A stretch of 63,008 nucleotides of DNA, counting the filler, from Stramenopiles sp. TOSAG23-2 (lineage: Eukaryota), in NCBI GenBank assembly GCA_900128395.1. It is 25 parts of 25 records of this genome, joined end to end, with 100 filler letters (N's around TTAATTAATTAA, not from the genome) between each part and the next. Parts side by side here need not be neighbours in the genome. Positions count along the whole stretch, not along the records: positions 35,424 to 37,844 come from LT651755.1; positions 37,945 to 40,365 come from LT651756.1; positions 40,466 to 42,885 come from LT651757.1; positions 42,986 to 45,404 come from LT651758.1; positions 45,505 to 47,922 come from LT651759.1; positions 48,023 to 50,440 come from LT651760.1; 19 more parts are not named here. The stretch is one strand, 5' to 3'. Under the pieces are notes generated by a model. That model did not search any database, was not told the DNA's origin, and worked only from the letters and a program-made list of their open reading frames with translations. The position numbers and the translations under genes were made by a program. Positions 35,324-49,024 of this stretch are shown here, piece after piece (positions within the stretch are counted from its first letter, which is position 1; every line of letters starts with the position of its first letter).

Positions 35324-36043
35324 NNNNNNNNNNNNNNNNNNNNNNNNNNNNNNNNNNNNNNNNNNNNTTAATTAATTAANNNNNNNNNNNNNNNNNNNNN
35401 NNNNNNNNNNNNNNNNNNNNNNNCTTATGATAATTCCTACTCTTCAAAAGAATACAATAACACTGAAATAATCTATCTTACACTAGTGTTACTCTGGCAA
35501 GCGCAGAGTCTTCCCCTGGGAAGTACACTAGAGTGTGTTGATATTCCCATAATAGAGAATACCAATGAAAGGTAAATACGTATAGATTATATATACGAAG
35601 AAGTACATATAATATATTTTTAATTTTTACTAATGATAAAATTTATAAAATCATTTTTGATTTGAGATGTTAATAAACGGGAGTAAAAGAATTTTATTAT
35701 AACATATGAGTAAGGAGAAAAACACATATATATATATAATAAGAGAACATTTTATATATAATACGTATATATATATTAAGAGAATGTTTTATTATTACAC
35801 ACACTCGTATCATATTGATAATATTATCTATCTCATAATATGTGTCAATAACGCCCGAAACAGGAATTTACAATGAGGTAAATAGATGTGATCAACCTTC
35901 TACTTCGTACTATAATACCTGTAGAGCTCTCGTGCCCCCCTCCACACACACACACACACCCGCGCAAGCTAATACTCTATCATACTAGCAAAAGTAGGTC
36001 CTTAACCCATCAAAATATAAATGATATCTAATAAATCATCTTT

Positions 36044-37844
36044 TTATTGGAGCATGCAACATCCACCACCTTTTGCAGGAGCAGAACCATTAAGTGGATC
36101 CTCTTCAATATTCTCAACTCGTGCATTATTTGTCACAGAAATCGTAGACATCGGATTAATTTTTACAGTATTATTTACATTGCCTTTAGCCCATTCTTTT
36201 GCTACGAGCTCCATTGCAACTAGTATCTTTTTAAACTCATCAACCGTCAAAGGCGCAATCATCTCAAGGCATAAATTAGCTATCTCGGCAGGAGTAGTTT
36301 GGCTTTCATTTCCATTAAATACCTTTTTGACACATTCCATATTAATAGCACCATAACCCATACATGATTGATCCATGCTATCAATCACATTTTGAAAGTA
36401 ATTGATAAAACCGCTGTTAGTATATGCCTTTTGGAAACCTCGGATTGTCAAAATATTCATAAACGATTTCAATCGACGGACTTCAATAACAACTTTCCTC
36501 ATAAAATATATAAAATTAGTAAAACCACCTTCACCAAAACTGACACACAATTTTTTTATGTACACGGGAAATTGCTCTTTTGTTAATACCCCATTGATAC
36601 CCCGTTTGATACCAAGAGATTTTAACGCTAATAAAGATGCTCTACGCATTTTAGTTTTGCCTACGCCAACGTTAATTATTTTCCCTTCTGGATCTACCCC
36701 TTCCATAAAATGTGGTTCAATATTACGACTATCTCCTGTAACTGCATACGTTTCATTATCATACAGCATATCATAAATAAAATCTAAACGTATAAGCACA
36801 GCATCAATTTCCTCAGCTTCTAAATATCCTGAGCTATCCTGATCCCACAGTGTGTATAATTTGTCAATAAGTTTTCCCTCGATTTCCCGTGTATACCCAT
36901 CAACGACTTTCTTTAAGATCTCACTAAAAATATGCGGCAACGTGCGTTCATTGCCAAGTTGGCGCACGATATATGACTTAAAAGTCTCGCGGTTTAAAGA
37001 ATCTGGTACGTCTTCTAAAGACAAATTTATTGAAGATATGGCCGGTGCATACTGAAAATAATCATCAGCTTCTTCATTTGGTTGAATAAAGTACTGCTTC
37101 AAAATCCTTTTTATAATCGACGTTGGTAATGATTTCTGCAACGGTGAAATTCTTTTAAATGCTTTGTCAGCCTCTATTGTATTCGATACGATCACTATTG
37201 AACGGTGAAACATAGTTAATTTCTCGTTAAACTTTTCCAACACATATAATATCTACGCGTAGATAATTAAATGGCTAAAACACTGTTTTAATTTTTATTT
37301 GTCGATAGTTAATGTCTCGTTAAACTTTTCCAACTCATGTGCATCACAAAGATGAAGGAAAAAGAAAGGAAATTCTTTTTTTGTGACTAGTGGATCCGAT
37401 TCAAAACCTTTATAGCCAATTTTGTTATCTACGTACTCTGACATTATAGCCTTTTTAAAGTAATCATGGGGATACATGCTGTTTTTAAAATGATGCATCA
37501 CAACCTTTATTTCTAATAAGTCAAGATAGCCGTTCGAATCGAAATCCCATAACTTAAATAATCTTCCCAATTTTTCTAAACGGTCATCTTGCTTTAATGT
37601 AAGAATTCGTTTTTTCCTCATTTCCTCTGAATATATATTGGCATTGCTATTGACTGCGAAAAGGTGTACCGCCTTCTTGTTGACACCAGCAATTCTACTA
37701 TTTCCCAACGCTTTTAGTTTCAAAATGTTAGATATTGACCGATTCATTGCATTTTCTATTTCCGCAATATTTTCGAAATCACAAGCTTCATCTTTTTCGC
37801 CATACTTTTTCAAACCATCTTCGACATCGATATTACAATGGTAT
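36044..37844 (-). CDS. EF-hand repeat protein with C-terminal CaaX-like tail; interrupted by a 93-bp stop-containing insertion near 37212-37334
   Basis: WDFDSNGYLDLLE and WDQDSSGYLEAEE EF-hands in two same-frame ORFs; GGGCCMLQ C-terminus. Confidence 0.75.
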
Positions 37845-37944
37845 NNNNNNNNNNNNNNNNNNNNNNNNNNNNNNNNNNNNNNNNNNNNTTAATTAATTAA
37901 NNNNNNNNNNNNNNNNNNNNNNNNNNNNNNNNNNNNNNNNNNNN

Positions 37945-40365
37945 CGCATTCGCACTTAACACATGTATCTGGCTTATATGTACCTTGGTTTGTATAATCA
38001 TTTGGCCCAAGTGTTGCAGTCATTGTAGTTTTACTACAATAACCTGGGATACACATGACGCCGATACCAGGTCCATTTGGATATTTGAGTTCTATTTGAA
38101 CATTGTGGTCTGGATCAATACTGGAGCACACATCAAATGATTTTGTTTTTGAATACCGGCCATGAGGACAGTCTTTACAATCAGTCATTTCATGTCTTGG
38201 TAAGAAAGTATTCATACGGCCCTCTCCGATTTCGCACTTTTCGTGAAATTCACAAACTTCGTTGTTAGGAGTAAGAGTAGCGCTAAAGGTCCCCCTAGCA
38301 CATGTTTTACAATATAACCCGTCAAAAGTGTTGCCATTTTTTGTATTGGCATTACCGTATCCAATCTTGCATAAACAATGAGTTTCTACGTGTAAGCTAT
38401 TTTCCTCTCTGGTTATGCTACCCGTTTTGCATGGCTTGCACTCGCCATCATGCAAAACAAAATTTGGGTTGCATTTTGTACATTTAATTTCGCCATCATA
38501 GGGACAAGACTCCCCAGTCGCCCTTTCTCCATTCTTACAGGTGCATATTTTTTTACGACATGTACCGGGTATGTACTTGCCATATTGATCATAGTCTTTT
38601 GTTTTATGCAATGCACCGTTATTGTCTCCTGTAGAATCGCTTATGTATCCTTTTTTACATTTCACCCCAGTACCGGGGATATTTTCGACAACAACTTCAT
38701 TTGGGGGTGCAACGAAACAATCATCAAACGATGCAGTTATTGAATATTTACCACTTAAGCAATTCTTGCAATACTTAAACAGATTTTCCTTTTTAATGTT
38801 TTCAAAATTATACTCCTTTGGATTATCAAGACCTTTTCCAACGGGACATGGGTAATGATCTCGGCAATATGTATCCTCCGTGTGACTGAATTTTCCGCCG
38901 GAACAAGCTTTACAGTGAAGCCCAGTTGCCACACGCGATGTTGTAATTGGGCTACCATATCCCTTCTTACATACGCATTGTTCCTTGTGATAACTTGACC
39001 CTTGGTACATAGTTTTACTGCCTGGAACACACGGCATACATTTATGATTAGACAGTAGTCCATAGTTCTTATTGCATTCTATACATTTGGCGGCATTATG
39101 ATTTGGACAAGATGCTCCTCTTGCTTCTTTTCCATTGTTGCATCTGCAAACTTTTAAATGGCATCTATGGTTTTTGAAATAGTAGCCATCGTCACATTTG
39201 CCAGTACAGTGCTCTTTACCGTTTCTATCTTCAGGGCACGTTGTACCTTCTCCTGCAATACCATTATCACAGGTACATTTACGTATAGAACAAACATATT
39301 TATCCTTCAAATCGTACCGTCTGTACGGCGAAGAGGACAGCGAAGGGTAACGGGTACAATCACTATTTTTTTCTTCGCAAAAACATTTACCATTTTTATC
39401 AATGATAAACCCTCGCACAACTTTTAAATTTTCCCACGAATTTTTTATTGGCTTCTTACTATGTTTGTACCTACATGCCTCATAACACCGTTTTAGTTTC
39501 CTCTCTTCGGTTCCAGTGTTATCGGTTGTACCATTAAACATTTGGATTTCTGCTCCCCACAAGCATTCCCCTTGAAATTTATACTCATATCCTTTTGGCA
39601 GATAGAACCCCTCATTTTTTCTACATGATATACATTTTTCCTCATTGTGTTTTGGGCAGTCAACCCCTATTGCCGGTTCTCCTCCAAATTTACAAACACA
39701 CACTTTCAGTTTACATTGACCTAATATGAATTCTCCAACACTTTCCATTTTCTTTGAATACTCAACACTACGTGTCCCAGTTTTAATACTTATATACCCG
39801 TCAATACATTTTAAACCACTACTTTACATTGACCTAATATGAATTCTCCAACACTTTCCATTTTCTTTGAATACTCAACACTACGTGTCCCAGTTTTAAT
39901 ACTTATATACCCGTCAATACATTTTAAACCACTACCGTCAGGAATTCGAATTACATTCTCATTTGATGGCACTTTAAAGCAAACATCGTGGGTATCAGTA
40001 GACGAATATTCATCGGAGCTACAAGGTTGGCATTCATGATTTGTATCTTTTTTAAAATACCCAAATGTAACATCTCGACCTTCACCTTTTGGACATGATT
40101 TGTGTGGACGGCATACACTATTATCTTCCATGTTACTAAATGTTTTATGGGAACAACGTTTACAATGTTTTCCGTTTGTGTATTCTTTGTCACCTTCAAG
40201 TCCATGCCCAAATTTACAAACGCATTTGTCGTTATGATACTTCTTTTCATTCACTTTACCATCGTTCGACTTCAACTTTAATTTCGTTGTTGCTTCAACT
40301 ACACATGCCTCACACTTATGAGTATGTGTGTTCAACCCAAATTTGGGTATACACTTTACGCATCG
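37945..40365 (-). CDS. Cysteine-rich repeat surface protein (EGF/TNFR/GCC-like), truncated at both ends; one gene split by a 113-bp duplication
   Basis: Repeats such as CxCxNG...G..CP..., CKxC..GxFS and HxxCxxGxG; the two ORFs share the duplicated ESVGEFILGQCK. Confidence 0.8.
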
Positions 40366-40465
40366 NNNNNNNNNNNNNNNNNNNNNNNNNNNNNNNNNNN
40401 NNNNNNNNNTTAATTAATTAANNNNNNNNNNNNNNNNNNNNNNNNNNNNNNNNNNNNNNNNNNNN

Positions 40466-41339
40466 TGAAAAGACAGTATTGCAATTTGGTAATATTGTGA
40501 TACCTGGCGGTGATGCAGGTGATGCAATAATTACATCTATATATGAATTTCTGGATCCAGACTCGTTATCTAAGTTTGCGTTGACATCCATCTTTAAACA
40601 ATATGATGTCAAAACTTCAGCTCGTACTTACAGCAGTATGCAAAGCGAAGTGATTTCTAGGTTTAAACTGATGATATCTTGGATTGGCATATTTAAAGAA
40701 ATTTGCCCAATTGGTCCTGAAGATGTTCCAAAATTTCAGCTAATATGTCTTTCAGGAAATATAATATCAGAATTTTTCTCCTTTCATTCATTGATCCCAG
40801 AATTACAAAATGAGCCTCTTGAAAGCTGTATTAATGAACAAGGTGCGCACCGTTTTTTCTCTCTTGGTATGCAGGATAATTTCTTAGGAAACAAATGGAC
40901 TGCTCTATCCGCTTATTTGTATATAAATGATGGTGAATATTATAGGAATATAAATGTATTGGCATTGTTAGTAAGAGAAGAACTCGACGTCACTTTGCGA
41001 ACAGAAAAAGAGTGGAATGCATTGCATTTTTATTTGATTCGATACAGTGATAAACTTGACCCTAATCTAGCGATATTGGATAAATTGATTAATCATAAAT
41101 CTGCTACAATTGAATTTTTGAATCACTTGAATACAATTGGTGATACCCCGTTAGATGTAGCATATAAAGTTGCGCCAGAGCCGTTTAATTTTTTGACAGA
41201 CGAGACTTCTTATTATGCAACCCATGATACCAACAATGATGAAAATAGTAGTACCGACACTAATGCTGGTGAAAGTTCGAGACTAAAAATTATTGAAATG
41301 TTAAAAGCAAAAGGATGCAAACGTTCGAGTGAATTGTAA
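40466..41339 (+). CDS. Hypothetical ankyrin-repeat protein, 5'-truncated
   Basis: KWTALS, WNALH, GDTPLDVA, KIIEMLKAKG motifs. Confidence 0.65.
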
Positions 41340-41481
41340 CCGAAGCGTTCGGTAAAATTAAAAAATAAATTAATAATTACGATTTCGTAATATAAAAAAA
41401 ACACTTTTATATATCACACAAAAATTCAATAAACGGAGTAATATTAAATACGACTTTTCGTCTCATATCTCTCCTTCATCT

Positions 41482-42417
41482 CTATTTTTGACAACCACAA
41501 CTTTTAAATAATTTCAAATTTCGTCGTTCCTCCGCATCTTTTAATAATCGTTCATTATCAATTTGTATCGATGAACGTGCAATACCATATTCCAATGCAT
41601 GATCGTACATGACTTTGATAATTGATTGCAAGCTTTCCGTTACATTGGTACTATCTAATGCACTCACTTCATAAAATAACATGTTTCTAGACGTTGCAAA
41701 TGCTTTCCCTTCTTCATATGTTACTTCACGTTCTTCTGGTGCAAGATCATTCTTATTTCCTAATAATATAAAAGGTGGTGAATTTATATTATCATTGTTG
41801 ATTTCTATGTTATTTGTTTTATTATTATTATTATTGTTGTTGTTACCATGTTTCCGTATGATATCTCCTTTTTCACAAATTTCTTGAATCCAATTATCAA
41901 GATTTTGAAATGTTTTTCTATTTCCTACATCATATACAAGCACAACGCCACCTTCCGATGCTTTTTTATAATATGTACGAAGGATCGATCGAAATCGCTC
42001 TTGTCCAGCCGTATCCCAAAATTCTACTTTCACATACATTTCATCTATTTTCATCGGTACTAATACAAAATCAACACCTACAGTCGGTTGACATGCATCT
42101 CCATAAAATTGATTATCATTCGTTCGTACAATTAAAGATGTTTTACCAACTGACATATCACCAAAGAAAATCAATTTAAAGATATGTACTCCATCAATTT
42201 CATCTAATTTATGAATAATATCCCGTTTCAACAAACCTTTACCTTCTATCTCCGTCGCAGGAACTCCAATCCAATGTGGTGGAATATCTTTTTTAATAAA
42301 ATTCGTATGATCATTATTATTATTATTATTATTTGTATCTATTATGACATCAGCGAATGGGTTGCTTTCTAAATGATCAAACGATGTATATGTCGTCTCA
42401 TCATTATTCGTTCCCAT
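41482..42417 (-). CDS. Rab-family small GTPase
   Basis: GDMSVGKTS, PTVGVDF, WDTAGQERF, GNKND, EVSAL, C-terminal CGCQK. Confidence 0.96.
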   Translation of the reverse strand: MGTNNDETTYTSFDHLESNPFADVIIDTNNNNNNNDHTNFIKKDIPPHWIGVPATEIEGKGLLKRDIIHKLDEIDGVHIFKLIFFGDMSVGKTSLIVRTNDNQFYGDACQPTVGVDFVLVPMKIDEMYVKVEFWDTAGQERFRSILRTYYKKASEGGVVLVYDVGNRKTFQNLDNWIQEICEKGDIIRKHGNNNNNNNNKTNNIEINNDNINSPPFILLGNKNDLAPEEREVTYEEGKAFATSRNMLFYEVSALDSTNVTESLQSIIKVMYDHALEYGIARSSIQIDNERLLKDAEERRNLKLFKSCGCQK

Positions 42418-43098
42418 CTTTTATGTATATGTTTAATTGGTGTTTACATACGTTATGAATGATTGGATGTAGATCGACGATGCATTCATTCCATCTCTAT
42501 CAATCTCTTTCATCTAATGCACTGCAATATGTGTACGCATTATATCACCAAATATCTATATATCTTTCCATTCAATTTTTTTTATTTTTCTATTTTTCTC
42601 ATCTCTGGTGCTGAGTTGCCCTCCTATCAAAGGATGAATAATTTATACTTGAAAGGGAAATTAGAATATCAAAAAAATAATACCGGTACGTACATAGGAT
42701 ATTATAGTTGGTAGTATATAAATATATAATATTTTTTATTCTGTGAATATCTCCATCTCTTCCACTTGTTGATACCCGTTTGATGCAAGGGATCATATTC
42801 AAGAAATTTTTTACATGTTTTCGCAAACATATTTATCATTGCAAGTATATCATCATCAAAATATGCTATGAGACCTGGTTTTGATNNNNNNNNNNNNNNN
42901 NNNNNNNNNNNNNNNNNNNNNNNNNNNNNTTAATTAATTAANNNNNNNNNNNNNNNNNNNNNNNNNNNNNNNNNNNNNNNNNNNNATTTTGAACGTGTGT
43001 GTATGTACAGAAAAGAGTGTTTTCGGTAAAAAATATCTATATCATATTTTTATTTTATTTTATATTCGTATGATATATATATTAATACAAAGTACAAA

Positions 43099-44676
43099 CT
43101 ACAACATATTTAATTGATTGAAATATACACCAATAATCGCTAATAATATATCTATGGAACATAATACCTTCGTATCTTTTTCAACAATTGCTTTTTTTTC
43201 CAAGATCAATAAACGTCTTGCTAAATTTCTCATAATGGAAGCACAATCCCCATTCAACGGCTTTTCCAATTTATACATTATTGCATACAACCAACATGCT
43301 TTTGATCTTGTTAACTTTGTCGTTTCTAACCATTTCACATGTCGTTTAAATAATTTGTATATTGATGATGGATTTAATAACATTATAATCGACATTAATG
43401 GTGGTACACCTTTTTTACCATTTGTTGATTTAGATGCTGAAATAATATTATTTCTCTCAACGTCTTCTTTTGATAATAATTTTGTTGCTAGTACATTTCT
43501 TTCTATCTTTTTCTTCATTTGAGCATTGGACGCACTTTCTTTTACCATAATGTTGTTGTTGTTGTTCTTGTTATCATTATAATATCGATAAATTTCATTT
43601 ATACGTATATCATCAACTACTTCATCGTCTTCAAATTTTATTGTAAAATAATCTGAAGTTTCTTCTATCATTTCTATTGTACCTTCATATAGTTCTGAAC
43701 CCCAACCTGTGCGTTCTTCATTCATACACCAAACCATAGTTCCTATATATAATTCTGGTTGTCCTGTAGTGGAATCGTTATCATTTGGGTTATAATTTGC
43801 CAATAATAATTCGGATTCTAATACATCATTTACTTCTTCATTATCTTCTAAAACTGTAACAGAATGATAATATTCTTTATTATCGTCATCTTCCTCTTTT
43901 AAAATTTTACTATGATATTTACATTTATATACATGATTTGTTACATTAAAATCTTTCCAACGATTTGAAATATTTTTCATCCAAACAATATCATTTGATT
44001 TTGGCAATGCAATAGATGGCAACATTCCTTCATTCGTATTGTTGTTGTAATCGTATTCATTATTTTCCAAGTCTTTCTCATACATTCGTTCATCAACGTG
44101 TTGTTGTTGCTTTTCAAGCTTTGCCATGACATTTCGATTTGCTTGAGTTGTGGTACCAAAACATAAATATTCCCAACCATATCCATCATTTAATTGAGGC
44201 AAATTATTTTTAAATTCATTATTGTCTTCATTATTTACTTGTTGTTGATGATAATGTTCAACTCTACTTAGATATTGTCGGCCTTGCCTAAATATACTCA
44301 CAATTTGTCTTTCCCATGCTATTAATTTCTCATTACGACGTGGACGTTGGTTGTTGTTGTTATTATTAACATTATTATTATTAGTACTATTGAAACCATC
44401 TGCTTTATTTTCATTGGATGATTTATTTTCTTCTATCGATATTTTACGTTGTGCACGCCCAGTTGTTACATTTGGATAATCTTCAGCTTCTAATCTTACT
44501 CTTAATAAATACTCTTCTGCAGTAGCAGGTGGTATACCTCGTTTCACTCTTTCTCTGATTTCATTATGGCTAAATTGGTTATTATTATTATTATTATTAC
44601 GCCTAGTATTATTATTAATTGGAAATGCTTTTTTTGGCTCATTATGATCTGCTAAATAAACATTCATCCATGACAT
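43099..44676 (-). CDS. GEMIN2: Gemin2/SIP1-like snRNP assembly factor with an internal Tudor-like domain
   Basis: PATAEEYLLRVRLEA, WERQIVSIF, LPQLND..GW..LCFG, WLYAIMYKLEKPL...MRNLAR, IIGVYFNQ; likely start MSWMN at 44676. Confidence 0.85.
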   Translation of the reverse strand: MSWMNVYLADHNEPKKAFPINNNTRRNNNNNNNQFSHNEIRERVKRGIPPATAEEYLLRVRLEAEDYPNVTTGRAQRKISIEENKSSNENKADGFNSTNNNNVNNNNNNQRPRRNEKLIAWERQIVSIFRQGRQYLSRVEHYHQQQVNNEDNNEFKNNLPQLNDGYGWEYLCFGTTTQANRNVMAKLEKQQQHVDERMYEKDLENNEYDYNNNTNEGMLPSIALPKSNDIVWMKNISNRWKDFNVTNHVYKCKYHSKILKEEDDDNKEYYHSVTVLEDNEEVNDVLESELLLANYNPNDNDSTTGQPELYIGTMVWCMNEERTGWGSELYEGTIEMIEETSDYFTIKFEDDEVVDDIRINEIYRYYNDNKNNNNNIMVKESASNAQMKKKIERNVLATKLLSKEDVERNNIISASKSTNGKKGVPPLMSIIMLLNPSSIYKLFKRHVKWLETTKLTRSKACWLYAIMYKLEKPLNGDCASIMRNLARRLLILEKKAIVEKDTKVLCSIDILLAIIGVYFNQLNML

Positions 44677-45916
44677 TATTGGTGTATTGGTAACGAAAAA
44701 AGAAAACAAAAAGAAATAAAGATATGTAATAATATAATTACGCCGCCATGTGTTGTTTCTCTTCAATGTATATAATTTTACATTATTTATATAATATCTT
44801 ACCAGCTTACACAGTAAATTTATATAAAAAAAAATTACACAAATATATATGTATATATGCCAGTCCTGATGGCAACAGTAAGAATGAGATGATGTGAAGT
44901 GGTGTATAAATGAAGACGTAAATCTAGTAAATGAAGCCGACATATTTGTACTTAGTAGAATAAATGTGTTACATAGGGAAAAGATACAAAAGTATAAGTA
45001 TATGTCTATCGCAATAACGCAATAACATAAACACAGCATTAAATCATAACACCTGCTATTACTGTACTACGTAAATCACCAACCCTAATTTCGAGATCTG
45101 GGAGATCCTGGAGATCATTTTAATCATGCGTTTTGCTTTTTTGGCATCATACCTGGTATACTGTATGTATAATAATACCTGAAGTTCTCGTAGTAACTTT
45201 TACAGTAACTTATATATTTCTCGGTGCCTTCCTTCGAATAAAATTAAGAAGATTGGAAACAATATATAATAACAGTAATAATATTATATTACATTTATCC
45301 TTCCATATATATACTGCATTGATATCTTTCTATTATTTCTTTGAAACATATATATATACATTTATCAATACATAAATGGAATTATTAGCAAATCGCTCCT
45401 TTAGNNNNNNNNNNNNNNNNNNNNNNNNNNNNNNNNNNNNNNNNNNNNTTAATTAATTAANNNNNNNNNNNNNNNNNNNNNNNNNNNNNNNNNNNNNNNN
45501 NNNNAACTGATTCATCTGTAGTTGAGGAAAAGAAAGAAGATGAAGATGATTTAGTTTTAGTCTAAAGAAATACGAAAAAAATGTTAGTGTAAAAAAACTT
45601 AGAGCGCGTTAAAAAAAATAAAAAAAGTTAGTGTAAAAAAATGTAAAAAAATTATATATTTTTTTTAATAAAAAAAAATACGATTATTAATATATTACGA
45701 GTATAACACAAAATAAAATACCGACCCACACATGTGTATGAAAACTAATTCATACTCGTATTTTTTTAAAAGACAGTGTGACAGTGTACCACTATATTTA
45801 CGAACGCACATTATCATCAAAAATTTTATACGGGTTCGTACGAAATTCGTACCACTCACTTTTGTCCAATCATATTACTTCGACGTAAATAAATATAATA
45901 TTACGTACATCACAAC

Positions 45917-46907
45917 CTACGCTTCGTTCGAATGTAATATTTCCTCCAACAAATTAATCCACATTGTAGTCTCATCTTTATCTTTTAAACGTATTGCGCA
46001 CATCGATTTACTTTTTGTGCAATTTTTAATAAAATATTGATATTCATTTTCTTCCGCCCAACTTTCGTGGATATGATCTCTTTTGACAGGAATCTTTTTT
46101 GGGTGATCATAATGTCGTTTAATGTAAAATACTAAAGACCCTGCTTTTCTTTCTACATCTGTGCCACTATCTATCGGTATAGCACAGCGAGGGGAATAAT
46201 CTTTCGGATTTGTCAACACAAGAACACCTTTTAAAATCACATCATCTGTATCTTTTGCATCTTCTGATGTATTACATTTAAACAAAAACAATCCTCGATC
46301 GACCCATTTACCTTTCCCCTGTGTTTGTCCTCTTCGTTTTTCACCTCTACACCAATGAGCTAATTTGCAAGGTGATTGGTCTACAAACTCAGCTAATTGA
46401 AACGGAATCGTTGGTAATTCTTCCATAGATTTTTCAAGTAAAGTTTTCTTTTTCTTTGGTTGGAATCCAAATATATTATTTTTAATGCTTTTCACTGCAT
46501 TTTTTGCAGTCTTTGACTTCTTGTCATCAACATTATCCTTTTCTTTCATTTTTTTCAAGTTTCCCCATTTTGATTTTTTATTCTTGTTTTCATATATAAT
46601 TTCGGGCACTAGTTGATCTTTTTTCTTCTTTGTAAAAAATTTCGTCGATATTCCTCTTTGATATATTATTTGAATTGCTTTGATTATTGTTGTTTGAATT
46701 CTTTGGCATGTGATGAAAAGTTTGATTCATTGCATATGCAGAATTTAACGCATCATTATTATTATTGCTTTTCGTCCTATTTTTCATGAAATTGCTCTGA
46801 AATTTTTGATCTTTTGGTATGTAATGAAAAGTTTGATTCGTTCCGTTACTATTATTATTATCATCATCTGGAGGCAATATTAATGTTTCTTCTTTATAAT
46901 AGCTCAT
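45917..46907 (-). CDS. PH-domain-like protein; N-terminal part lies in another frame (probable indel)
   Basis: KGKWVDRGLFL...CAIPI...IRLKDKDETTMWINLL; overlaps the Asn-rich upstream ORF 46590-46907. Confidence 0.55.
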
Positions 46908-49024
46908 GGTATTTGATGTATTAATTGATGTAGTATATCTGACATGCTATGTATATTTTAGTCGTTGTCTATATATTGGAATATAAACGCGTGTAGTTTG
47001 TTGTTGTTTGTTTCCTGTACATATAATGTGCTAATGATTATTTATGTGTTTTGTAACGATGAATATATTGGTCCATTCTTCACAAGCAGCACAACAAATT
47101 TAAATTTATTCCCTCACACCAGTATCAAGATCTAGTATTATTAATACTAGTGCTTAGGCTCTCACTTCGTGGAGAGCTTTTGGAAAAATGTTTTCTACTA
47201 TGCATGAAATTTAAAAATCCAGGTATTATTAGTATTGATATCAATATCATCAATTTTGATTCATCTTATGATATGTATACTATGCATAAACTTTTTATTA
47301 TTATCCTTAAATATACATGTCAAATGGAAAAAAACCAAAATATCCGATAATTTCAATTCTATCAATAATTCTATAATAGAAACTATATTTTACAAAAACA
47401 ACATATATTTTTTGTGGTATAAATAATCAATGGTATGTAGTGGTAAAGGACTTGTCCAATGGTATGTTGGTTAAAGTGTATATTGAATGCTATGTTCATA
47501 TTGGAAAATAAAAAACCAACTTTTTTCGTATTCACTATTTGTTCAGTAATGCTATCCGGGATAGCATGTATTTTTATATATCATACCATTGGACATAATA
47601 GTAGGTAATGTATAATACATCATTTACCATACACATAGGCAGGGTTTTGCAATTATTGACTATACTCATTGTGATGTGCGATTCCAATAATGGTACTTAC
47701 ATTAACTATAAGTGTTTAATACTAACACATCATTTACCATACACATAGGCAGGGTTTAAAAAGTAGGTACACAGCAGTGTTACTAATTTCTAATTGTGTT
47801 AGCGTGTCATCAACAGAAGAAGACATCATATAGCAATTATTGACGTGATACTATACATTATAATGGTACTTACATCTACCGTCACAATGTCACAATCGAT
47901 TTTGTTGTAACATATAGACACCNNNNNNNNNNNNNNNNNNNNNNNNNNNNNNNNNNNNNNNNNNNNTTAATTAATTAANNNNNNNNNNNNNNNNNNNNNN
48001 NNNNNNNNNNNNNNNNNNNNNNCTCTTAAGTATAGTTTATCAACGGTATGATTTAAGGATAATCAAGTTTCATTTAAGGACAGTAAGGATAAGGATAAAT
48101 TGATGGATATGAGCAGGGTTCCACTTTTATCAACGCAATTTTTCTGTTGTTACCAGTTATGCTCTCAGAAAGTCTCATTAAGAATCAAACATAGACACAG
48201 CATTGAGATGCCTTAGATAACGGGATTACACTAGTATAAACAAGTGTTACCATCCGCAGTAACATATTGTAAATTATTTTATTAGAAATTATAACACTGT
48301 AGTTATTTATTATTTTATTTTATATGTATAAAATAATAAACATCTTTAATTATTCTATTTAATATATTTTGGAGAGATTAATACCTTCTGTGTAATACTA
48401 ATCAATGCATTTTTGGAATATATTTCTTATGTGTTCCAATGCTATTTACCTGCTAATACAATTGATTAATTATTAAAAAAAACAAAAATNNNNNNNNNNN
48501 NNNNNNNNNNNNNNNNNNNNNNNNNNNNNNNNNNNNNNNNNNNNNNNNNNNNNNNNNNNNNNNNNNNNNNNNNNNNNNNNNNNNNNNNNNNNNNNNNNNN
48601 NNNNNNNNNNNNNNNNNNNNNNNNNNNTTATTAAAAAAAGCAAAAATATTTCTTTATGTTTATCATAGTTATTTTAATTATCTATTTAAAGATTCCAGAC
48701 TTATCGCTTATTTATCTCCATAAAGATCGCATACTTATCTATAGTCTACTATACCTATTTTCCCTATCACTCCACACCATACTTGCGGCGTATACTCCCC
48801 CTATCAAAGCATAACAAGGTTGATATTAAAAAACCTATACTAAGTTATTAATTATTTAACATATTCTAAAAATATAACTAATTATTTTATCTTATAAATA
48901 ATTTAATGGAGAGAAAATGTAATACTATTTATATATTAAGAAAAACATTTTTGGAATATATTTCTTATGTCAATGCTATTCCTATACTATTGTAAATTTA
49001 TTAATTAGTGAAATTACAAAAAAG

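Noticed and set aside
39710-39935. 113-bp tandem duplication splitting the Cys-rich gene into two ORFs
   Set aside because: Exact read-length-scale duplication typical of scaffolding artefacts; not treated as programmed frameshifting
44677-45039. Hydrophobic N-terminal extension of the 646-aa ORF
   Set aside because: Reads like AT-rich upstream DNA from a non-ATG start; Gemin2 homology begins after the ATG at 44676
47617-47880. Patchy direct repeats (ACATCATTTACCATACACATAGGCAGGGTTT x2, TAATGGTACTTACAT x2)
   Set aside because: Only two degenerate copies; consistent with an old local duplication, no array structure
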